Origin: Mytilus californianus
Taxonomy: Eukaryota
Length of the DNA: 64,000 nt
Direction of reading: 5' to 3'
Assembly (NCBI RefSeq): GCF_021869535.1
Contig: NW_026262723.1
Coordinates: 58,590,001 to 58,654,000, forward strand
The translations under genes and the position numbers were made by a program. The notes beneath the pieces were generated by a model that saw only the letters and a list, made by a program, of their open reading frames with translations, searched no databases and had not been told where the DNA came from. Positions 28,078-39,100 of the stretch are shown piece after piece. The number at the start of each line of letters is the position of its first letter. Within the stretch, counting starts at the first letter, position 1.

Positions 28078-29035
28078 GTTATTCGACCTGAATCTTACCT
28101 TATTCTAGTATGTCAAGTTTAGTATATAACAAGAATATGTGTCCATAGGACACCATGTCTGGCTCACATGATCACAATCCATGTTCAGTGAACCTTAAAA
28201 ACTTGGTAAAAACCCTATTTTGGCATATATACTTAATAGTTCATTTCATAATGAACATGTGAACTAGGTTTCAAGTTGATGTGACCACAAACTCCCTTAA
28301 ACCAAAAATTTAACCTACTTTAAACCAAAACTTTGACCTTTCATTTCCATGTTCAGTAAACTATGGTCAAACTCTAATTTGGCATATATATTAAACGGGT
28401 CATTTCATAATGAACATTTGTACTAAGTTTCAAGTTGATGTGACCACAAACTACCTTAAGCCAAAACTTTAACCTATTATATTTCCATGATCAGTAAAAC
28501 AGGAAATCTAAATTAAAGCTCAATTTGGCATATATTTTAAAGAAACTTCATAATAAACATTTGTACTAAGTTTCAAGTTTATGTGATTTCAAACTTCTGT
28601 AAACCAAAACTTAAATTGAACATTGATGGATGGTCAGATGGATGGAAAGATGGATTCTCAGACTGAAAAACATAATGCCCTTCTACTATGGTAGGTGAGT
28701 CATAATAATCGGTACAGTTGTATAGTACAAAATAGGATTTTCATCCAGATTGAACAGATTTAACTTTAAAATCATAACTTTTCAACTTAGATTGATTGAT
28801 TTATTGATTCAATATTTCATGCTTAGTTCAGTGGTAAATATTTCATGAAAATTCAGGAGACCATATTATAGATTTATACAAAATCTAGGTTCTATAAAAT
28901 AAATCTGCTGTGAAGGGAGGAAAATTTGGACTGTCACTGCAGAAAAGAGGGAATAATTGAAAAGGGCAGAAGTTAATTTCCCCCTGCATCAAATCCCTAA
29001 TAAAGTTTTTGCAAGAGTTCTTTCAAATTCAGAGA

Positions 29036-29288
29036 GGGGCCTCGATGGCCGAGTGGCCTAAATAGTTACTACAGTAATCACTAGTCAGTCAACACTGAGG
29101 TTGTAAGTTCTAACCCCGCTCGTGCGGGTGCACTCGACTCCAATCTTAATTGACTAGGATTGTCAGTTTTCCTATCGAAGGTCGTGGTTTTCTCCGGGCA
29201 CTTCCTCCACCAATAAAAACTGGCCGCCACGAAATAGCCCAAAAGCGGTGCTTAAAAGTGGCATGAAAACACCAAAAATCAAATCAAA
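29036..29288 (+). mobile_element. Full-length tRNA-derived SINE with 13-bp TSD
   Basis: GGGG start; A box TGGCCGAGTGG (29046-29056); B-box-like GTTCTAACCC (about 29107-29116); central GGTTTTCTCCGGG..CTTCCTCCACC (V-domain-like); (AAATC)n tail. Flanked by the direct repeat TCAAATTCAGAGA at 29023-29035 and 29289-29301. Confidence 0.85.
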
Positions 29289-29567
29289 TCAAATTCAGAG
29301 AACTTGGCACTCTCTCTAAAAGATACGTCTGATTTTACATCCACATTCCAACCAGATGTTGCTGCCTATTTTTACATCCCCCGCAGCCAGATAGACTTTA
29401 CCAAGGCTTTTACTGCTAGACAAACGAAATCCATGGATGACCAAATTTCTATACCCCAGTCAACACAAACCTTTAAAAGTGCATTTAACAGTTGTTTCTC
29501 TTTTGTTACATAAGTTGGTTTGACACATTCTCCAATGCTGTTTGGAGTTTGGAATCTTGGCTTTTGA

Positions 29568-31025
29568 AAATAAAAGCAATATACAATTAAAAACCAATTG
29601 TTCAAAGAACAATTGAAGGTCTTTCCACATCAATTTTCTAAATAATTGATGAGAAGATAATTCTGGTTTACTCAAAGCTACTATTGGCGTCCAATCATAG
29701 GTTTCTTCATACTGATTCAATGAACATGGTTTCTATAGACTTTTGCCTGAAATAAGGGAGATAATTGTCAACATCCAGTTTAGAAAATTTCACTTCCGGT
29801 CTCATATGATAGCTTTATTTACACTGATTCCAAAAATATATGGTTTATATATACTTTTGCCTGTAAAAAGGGAGATAATTGGCTACTTCCGGTTTAGAAA
29901 ATGTCACTTCCGGTATCATATGATAGATTTATTTACACTGATTCCGAAAATATATGGTTTATATATACTTTTGCCTGTAAAAAGGGAGATAATTGGCTAC
30001 TTCCGGTTTAAAAAATGTCACTTTCGGTCTCATATGATAGCTTTATTTACACTGATTCCAAAAATATATGGTTTATATATACTTTTGCCTGTAAAAAGGG
30101 AGATAATATGCTACTTCCGGTTTATAAAATATCACTTCCGGTCTCAAATGATAGATTAATGTATGACCATTCAAAAAATATATGGTTTCTATGTACTTCT
30201 ACATGAAATAAGTGCAAAAATGACTACTTCCGGTTCACTCAAGGTCACTTCCGGTTGACATTTTTCAATGTCATATGTCACCCAACATTTTACAAAAGAT
30301 CTTATGGCTTTATCATGTACCAATATGAAGTAATAATCAATTTACCTTAAAATAAAACATTTCAGAGGGAATAACTCCAATAAGATGTCGCTAGATTGTC
30401 TCAGACCAAATGTATCATATCTTCATCACAATATAACAAACATTTTGCACTTGTTCTTTAATATATAACATTAAAAATATCAGAGAAAATGCAAAAACAA
30501 GCAAAAGACAAAATTCAGAACATGACCTTGACCTTTGACCTTGACCTCATTTTCGAAGTTAGGATCCAAAGACCTTAAATAAAAAGACTATAGGTTTATA
30601 CGGCTTACAGTTTATGAGTAACAAAAACATAACGACACATTTATTTGATAAAGGTAGGTAACTCCTATAAAATTTCATCGAATCGCTTCGATCCAAATTA
30701 GCCAAAAATTCCTGAGGATGTAACGAACAATTTGTAAAAAGAATTTTGTCGATATCTTTTTTTGTTACGAAGGAGATGCACACAGATGATAAACAGTGAA
30801 AAGGGAGATAACTCTTACAAAGAAAATGGTTCGGCTTAGCAGGGTGAAATTTAAAAGCGCATAAACTATACGATACAATATGAGAAATATCTAAGCGACA
30901 TATTGCGAAACAAACATTTATCGCAAGAACAAAATTAGGCGGAAGAAAAAAAAAATAAATAAAATAATAATAATAATCAGAACAAATACAATAGGTCTTT
31001 CCACAGAAAAGTGGAAAGACCTAAA
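29568..31025 (-). mobile_element. Complete HINE-type element with 114-bp internal repeats
   Basis: 5' hairpin AGGTCTTTCCAC-agaaaa-GTGGAAAGACCT (30993-31022); (TAA)n tract; 114-bp units at 29791, 29905, 30019, 30133; matching subterminal AGGTCTTTCCAC at 29617-29628; 3' hairpin CAATTGTTC-aaa-GAACAATTG (29595-29615). Confidence 0.8.
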
Positions 31026-31027
31026 TA

Positions 31028-31115
31028 TAAATCAATTGTTTTAAAAACAATTGTTAAACGGTCTTTCCCCTCCGAAACATGATTAATTGGTTTTTTGGTT
31101 GGTTGGTCGGTCGGT

Positions 31116-31165
<50 letters not shown>

Positions 31166-32625
31166 CATGGTACTTTCTCTGTGCGACGCAGCTAACTTAA
31201 ATAACGCCTATATTCTAACCGAACGTGACTGCGCACTTAGACATCCCGCACAGCCAAACGGACGCCTGAGATGTCCTCATAAAAATTGATCCTAGTATCA
31301 TTCGTTTATAAATTTTCTCTAGTTTCTATGTTACCTCGGACTTCCATTTGTCATCTATTTGTTGTGTATGCATTTTGATTGAATTTGTAGGAAAACGGAG
31401 TAAATTTTATCTTGGAAGTTTTATTTTCCTTATTTGGATATGCAATGTTTTATTCTAAATTTAGGCCCGCACGCGAGATGGTGTTGTGAAGTCACGTGAC
31501 CCTCGAATATATATGTCTGGAGTTAGAATATTAATTTCTTTTCAGGGGAGACCGTTGAACAGAGCACATGTGTATTGATCAAAGAAACACGATAACTATT
31601 GTTTTTATTATTTACAGATCATTGATGACGGATCATGCATGCATCTTACGTACACATGTTTACGGGAGCACAGATTTGTATTTTAATGCATGATTAAAAA
31701 ATTTGATTGTAGGATTTCAGCAATATTTACGATTTTTCTACGTCATTGAATTTTATTTCTCAATCAAGCGGACCGCGTATGAATTGAAGCCGATTTTTGC
31801 AGGAATGAATTTCTATTTAAGAAGTTTGTACATCAGAAGGATTGCATTTTTACAGTCAAATGTACAGGACTGAACATCAAGGCGAAATGGGATTCCTCAA
31901 AGTAGAAGGAAAAAAAAAAAAAAAAGGGAAGGGGGAGGGGAGGGAGGTGGAGAATGGTGGACCTTGGTTGATAAATTAAATAAGATGCATGTATACATCA
32001 TGATAGCTGCAAAGTTTGAGGCTATAATTAGTTCATTTTGTTCATTTTACTATTTCAGTGGCATGGAACCCCTAAAACAATGACGCGTACCATTTTGACA
32101 AAAACTTTCCAGTTATATCATGTCGCGACTAACATTTTGGTCAAATTTTTTTCATACGGCTTACGGTTTACGTGTTACAAAAACTTAACGATAAATTAAT
32201 TTGGTAAAGGCAGATAACTCCTTTAAGATCTCACTGGATCGCTTCGATCCAAATTAGGCAAAAATTCCTGAGGATGTAACAAACAATTTAGAAAAAGAAT
32301 TTTGTCGTTATCTTTTTTTGTTACGAAGGAGATGCACACAGATGATAAACAGTCAATAGGGAGATAACTCTTGCAAAGAAAATGGTTCCGCTTAGCAGGG
32401 TGAAATTTAAAAGCGCATAAACTATACGATACAATATGAGAAATATCTAAGCGACATATTGCGAAACAAACATTTATCGCAAGAACAAAATTTGGGGGAA
32501 AAAAAAAAAAAATAATAATAATAATCAGAACAAATACAATAGGTCTTTCCACAGAAAAGTGGAAAGACCTAATTATCAGAACAAATACAATAGGTCTTTC
32601 CACAGAAAAGTGGAAAGACCTAATT
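31028..32625 (-). mobile_element. Second HINE of the same family, abutting the first head-to-tail, with a duplicated 5' terminus
   Basis: 32210-32570 is near-identical to 30645-31022. The terminal 51 bp are tandemly duplicated (hairpins at 32541-32570 and 32592-32621). A 3'-type hairpin CAATTGTTTTAAAAACAATTG (31033-31053) and GGTCTTTCC (31060-31068) mark the other end. Confidence 0.65.
31105..31165. repeat. (GGTT)/(GGTC)/(GATT)n compound microsatellite
   Basis: Directly visible; about 11 GATT units preceded by GGTT and GGTC units. Confidence 0.9.
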
Positions 32626-33179
32626 AGCAACAACTTCAATACAGGATCTTCAGGGTTCTCACTAAGGCGAGTTCATGAGTCCTGGACTTGTGAAAATCTA
32701 TCTGGACTCATCATTTTCGAAAACTGGTGAGTCCAAAGATGCATCTAGATTGTAAAATTGTTTATCAACTGAGCACACATTTCATCATTTTATAGCATCA
32801 GTTTAAAAATAATCTAAATTTGATGTCATTTCCTTGCTCCATTTTGACAAGGAGAGTGAAAAAGTAATTTATGTAGCAATACATTTTTTTTTCTCACTGT
32901 TAGACTTGGCATGACTAAACTGAATGAGTCCCTATATTTGCCTTCAAAAATCCTTAGTAAGACCCCTGGTCTTAATGGCATAGTAATGATTTCCTAGAAA
33001 TCAATTTACTAGGCGTTAAAACACATTCCTTTGACAGATTTACATGGAGATAGCCATGTATTCATTACAGTTAAATTTATCTGCCTCATAATACATGTTG
33101 TACATTTGACAGACATGATAAAATCATTACACTTAAATAAATTCAAATAATTTATTGCACAAATTTACAATTTTAACTT

Positions 33180-36100
33180 TTAATCATTATTTAAAGTCAA
33201 CTTATTCAAATTTGTCTGAACATTTCTATCAGTAACATCTGAGCACACATCAGTATTACTTGTATCACAAGAATTTTCAAAAAGATTATCGTTTGATTTT
33301 TCTGTTGATTTCACATTATCGTTTGTTTCACTGTTACTATTTTTAATTTCCTTGTCACTGTCAGATTTTTGACTGTCTTCGTGATCCTGTTCTTCTTCAG
33401 ATTCTTCTTCACTGCTTTCTTCTTCTGAACTATAAAAAGATTAAAAACAAAGGTAATATATTCCTTTTTCTACTGAACTCCCTTGCAGAGGGGAGACACC
33501 TCCATATTGTAATTGTACAACACTTCAGTATGAATTAGTGTGAATTCAGAAATTTTTTGTTGCACTTATCATTGTGATTGTTGAATGATAGACAAAAATG
33601 CAAGATAAATTTATGCAATTTTAGGAAATACTGCATACAAATGATATTACAAAATTTAAAATGTGAGTTTATTTATGCTAGACCTATCCTGTAGAAATTT
33701 TGCAATATTATAAAACATTTCAAACATTTTTGAATTTACAGTATTTAGTAATTATGCAGATGTTGACCGAAATATTGGTACAGTAAAAAACTTCGATTGT
33801 AGAAACAGGAAATCAAATTTGTACTGGTAGACTTGCATGTTAGCCTCTAAATGAAGTACATGTTTATTGTAATTTCTGTTTTAGCTTAGCTTTTGGTTTT
33901 TAGTATACTCAATTAGGTTAGCTTTCAATACAGCTGATCAATTTAAATAATAGACAAAACATAACCTTACAATTAAGAAACAAGACCAATACCTTCTCTG
34001 GACCTGCATCCCTTTATGCAATTGATTGAGGTAATGTGTATACTGAAGCATAACTATTCCTTTTCATTGAAGCCAAGGAAAATTTGACAAAAATTTTCCT
34101 TGTACAATGAGTGTTGTAAAATTTCAACTATCAGCAAACAGGAAGTGGCTACACAGCAGATGTAAGAATTGCTTACACGATTCTTACAAGATTCAACTCG
34201 ACATTATCAAGTTGCTGAACAAATATAAAATCATTCCCTCAATCTCAAGGTCTTGAGACGGACAGATGGGCAAACGGAGTAAGCCATTATTAGACCTGCT
34301 TTTGCACTTGGCAACACAGGTAAAAATGTGTTGAAGGAACTATTGCAAAGCAAAAGGTACTAGTATCTGTATACCAAATATTAAGTGTACATATACAACA
34401 TGCAGCTTACGAAGAGTTTATATATTTGTTTTTTTAATCATTACCAGTCAGCTTACTTCTTAAAGTTTGTAACACATGTTGCCCAAGAAAAAAACGATGG
34501 GATGTTATTCAAATATCTCAATTGCAACTCCAAGGCAACAAGGGAGGTTGGACATTTTGCATGCTGAAAAAAAAATGTAAAAATTGAATATTCAAAAGTA
34601 AGTACCTCTCTGATGGTGGCCATTGAACTCTGTTAGGGTTATACCCATCTAAACTCAGATCTATATCGGTCAGATCTACAAAAAAAAGTAAGATATATAG
34701 ATAAAAAATAAAAGGCGGCGGCTTTTAAAAACTTTGTGTTATCATTAGCTTTACATGTATTTGGAACCAACTGTCTTACAGTCACCACAGTATTCTTAAA
34801 GTCAGGTTTTTGAAGCTATTGTTTGCATCTAATTGATCAAATTATTCATGTTATTGTTACATTGTACCATTATTTTTTGAAAACAGAAATGTATTTTTAA
34901 GAAAATGTGAAAATGTGAAAATAAGAAATTTACCTTCTAATTTTCGGTCAGCTGATTCTTGTGTTATCTGTTTGAGGTAAGCATCCTGGGCAGCCACAAC
35001 TTCTATACTATTTTTACAAGCTAAGTATTTCTCTAATAATTCTTCATTCACTTCATAAAAATTATGACCCCATTTGAACCTATCCAACAGTCTGCTACCC
35101 AGATCTTTGTATCCTGTAAAAATAAAAAAAAGTTCACATAATAATTTACATGCTTACAAATTAACGTGTCAGATATCTCTTTACCGTTGGATGGATGAAC
35201 TGATGTTCAATGTCCAGTGGAAACTATTACATGCATATCAGTATGAGAACATGTTGATATAATATGAATATAAACCCTGCTTCTGGGCCTATTTTAACTG
35301 ACTGTATGGTATGGATTTTGCTCATAGTTGAAGACTTTATGATGACCTATAGTTATTTAAATCGGCATTATTGTGACACTTTCGGATAGTTGTCTCATTG
35401 GCAATCAAATCTCATCTCCTTCTTTTATATTTGTACTTGACCAATACATTTATGTTAGTTTACAAGATAATAGTCTGCAGGAAAACATGTCACCCTACCC
35501 TAATACACAATTCTGCCTCTGAGTCAGCCTGTCTTTCCTCTTCTTCTATATTATATATGCCTATTCAGAATGGACAGACAGACACAGTAATCATAGTAAA
35601 TATTTTACCTGTAAAATCATTTTCTTGAGAATTTTACAGAATAAGTGTTTTATCAAAGATAAAGAAAAATGACCTAAAAATTTAAAGAATACCAAAAAGG
35701 GGACCCTCATCCAGGCCCTCTTACCTGTCAGATAAAATGCTGCAGCAAAAGCTTCAACACAAACTTACCTGTGAAATCATTTTCACGATAATTTTACAGA
35801 ATAAATGCTTTTTTAAAGATAAAGAAAAAAATGACCTAAAAAACTAAGACCCCCATACAGACCCTTTAACCTGTCAGATAAAATGCTGCAGCTAAAGTTC
35901 AACACAAAATTACCTGTGAAATCATTTTCATAACTTTACCAAGGACGTATATTAGATATTAGTTATTCGTCCTTGATTTTACAGAATAAGTGCTTTTTTA
36001 AAGATAAAGAAAAAAAATGACCTAAAAAAACTAAAACCCCCATACAGACCCTCTTACCTGTCAGATAAAATGCAGCAGCAAAAGCTTCAACACAAGATAA

Positions 36101-39100
36101 TTTACATGGACGACCATAATTGACCGGATTTGTCGCAACAAGGTATGGAAGTAGTCGAGGATACCCTCCCTTCATTTTGGCAAATGGTGTCTCTTCTAAT
36201 TTGTTCCAGGAACAATCAACAACAGCAAGGCCATGTTGTGTAATAATATCTCTAAAATAAACAAAGTTAAGTGTTACTGGTAAGCTCAAACATTTATCAA
36301 TTTGATATCAATTTTCATTTCCTATAACAGGAAATGTCGATTTTGACTCTCAGACAAACATTGTAAACATCTATAATTCTATATTCTAATGCCTTTTGCT
36401 GAAAAAGTAGCCAAATTGCGCACAGACTGATAATACATTCGAGTTGGTTCATAACATAGCCATGACTTACATGCTGAATTTTAAGAGAGGTTACAGAGCA
36501 AAATTTCAATAAGGTCAACCCTTGTTTATTTGACCTTGAAAAAAAAACATTGATATATTTATACATGCAAGATATGCCTCAAACAAACAAACATGTGCAA
36601 ATAGAAAAGTAGCAACAAAATCAAATTTTAAATTCATTTTAGAAAAATCTATAGTTACATGACACGCAATACACATGATACATATACTCTTCTTCAAATT
36701 ATCATTTTAATAATTTTCAACTAACTTTTTCTTACTTGAAAACAAGGAAACATAATAAATAAAATTGAGAATGGAAACATACACTGCTTTTTTTAATGAG
36801 ATAGAAACACCTTTAGCACGTTAGTGAGAAAGTGGCAAACAAATTTAAAAAAAACAAAAAACGGAACAACTGAAATGGGAATAAATTTTGTTAAAATCTT
36901 CTGCTGGCGAAAATCTTCATAAAAAGAAGTTCCTTGTTGCATCAATAGATAATAAAATGCTTCGCTGGGGCGCAGCTTGATACGACCGCAGAGGTCGAAC
37001 CCTGAACAGTTGGGGCAAGTATGGACACAACATTCAAGCTTGATACAGCTCTGAATTTGGATTGTTATTAAATATTTGACACAGCATAGGTTTCTGACAC
37101 AGAAAGAATGTGGTCTAATTGAACTTGAATTTTTTTAATTTACCTATTATGGTCCAATGTCCAAAATCAAAATACATGGTTAGATTCAGCATATCAAAGA
37201 ACCCCATATTTTCAATTTTTGTTGAAATCAAACAAAGTTTAATTTTGGACCCCAACTTGGACAAACTTGAAAACTGGGCCCATAATCAAAAATCTAAACA
37301 CATGTTTAGATTCAGCATATCAAAGAACCCCAATAATTCAATTTTTGCTAAAATCAAACTAAGTTTAATTTTGAACCCTTTGGACCTTAATGTAGACCAA
37401 TTTAAAAAACGGGACTTAAAATTAAAAATCTAAATACACGGTTAGATTTGGAATATCAAAGAACCCCAATAATTCAATTTTTGATGAAATCAAACAAAGT
37501 TTAATTTTGGACCCTTTTGACCTCAATATGAACCAATTTGATAGCGGGGCCCACAAATAAAAAATCTAAATTCATGGTTAGATTCAGCATATCAAAGAAC
37601 CGCATATATTCAATTTTTGTTGAAATCAAAAAAAGTTTAATTTTGAACCCCAACTTGGACCAACTTGAAAACTGGGCCCATAATCAAAAATCTAAACACA
37701 TGTTTAGATTTAGCATATCAAAGAACCCTAAGAATTCAATTTTTATTAAAATCAAACTTAGTTTAATTTTGGACCCTTTGGACCTCAATGAAGACCAATT
37801 TTAAAAAATGGGACCCAAATTAAAAATCTAAAAACACGGTTAGATTTGGCATATCAAAGAACCCCAATAATTCAATTTTTGATGAAATCAAACAAAGTTT
37901 AATTTTAGACCCTTTTGACCTCAATATGAACCAATTTGATAGCGGGGCCCACAAATAAAAAATCTAAATACATGGTTAGATTCAGCATGTCAAAGAACCT
38001 CATATATTCAATTTTTGTTGAAATCAAACAAAGTTTAATTTTGGACCCCAATTTGGACCAACTTGAAAACTGGGCCCATAATCAAAAATCTAAATACATG
38101 CTTAGATACAGCATATCAAAGAACCCCATATATTCAATTTTTGTTGAAATCAAACAAAGTTTAAATACTGGACCCTATCTTGGACCAACTTGAAAACTGG
38201 GCCCATAATCAAAAATCTAAACACATGTTTAGATTTAGCATATCAAAGAACCCTAAGAATTCAATATTTGTTAAAATCAAACTAAGTTTAATTTTGGACC
38301 CTTTGGACCTCAATGAAGACCAATTTTAAAAAATGGGACCCAAATTAAAAATCTAAAAACACGGTTAGATTTGGCATATCAAAGAACCCCAATAATTCAA
38401 TTTTTGATGAAATCAAACAAAGTTTAATTTTAGACCCTTTTGACCTCAATATGAACCAATTTGATAGCGGGGCCCACAAATAAAAAATCTAAATACATGG
38501 TTAGATTCAGCATATCAAAGAACCTCATATATTCAATTTTTGTTGAAATCGAACAAAGTTTAATTTTGGACCCCAATTTGGACCAACTTGAAAACTGGGC
38601 CCATAATCAAAAATCTAAATACATGTTTAGATTCAGCATATCAAAGAACCCCATATATTCAATTTTTGTTGAAATCAAACAAAGTTTAAATACTGGACCC
38701 TATCTTGGACCAACTTGAAAACTGGGCCCATAATCAAAAATCTAAACACATGTTTAGATTCAGCATATCAAAGAACCCCAAGAATTCAATTTTTGTTAAA
38801 ATCAAACTAAGTTTAATTTTGGACCCTTTGGACCTTAATGTAGACCAATTTAAAAAACAGGACTTAAAATTAAAAATCTAAATACACGGTTAGATTTGGA
38901 ATATCAAAGAACCCCAATAATTCAATTTTAGATGAAATCAAACAAAGTTTAATTTTGGACCCTTTTGACCTCAATATGAACCAATTTGATAACGGGGTCC
39001 ACAAATAAAAAATCTAAATACATGGTTAGATTCAGCATATCAAAGAACCCCATATATTCAATTTTTGTTGAAATCAAACAAAGTTTAATTTTGGACCCCA

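Noticed and set aside
29036-29120. Possible tRNA gene (A and B boxes)
   Set aside because: No cloverleaf or acceptor stem can be formed; it continues into a SINE body with tail and TSD.
29743-30159. 138-aa ORF with three 38-aa repeats
   Set aside because: It is the open frame across a 114-bp (multiple of 3) tandem repeat inside a HINE; no ATG context, splice signals or domain similarity.
32223-32639. 138-aa minus-strand ORF with an internal repeat
   Set aside because: Runs across the HINE 5' end and its 51-bp terminal duplication; the homologous copy at 30559-31025 does not keep the frame.
37119-38718. Series of similar 85-104 aa ORFs ([11 protein letters not shown]...)
   Set aside because: Translations of the 126/136-bp satellite on the strand antisense to TSR3; the periodicity equals the repeat period.
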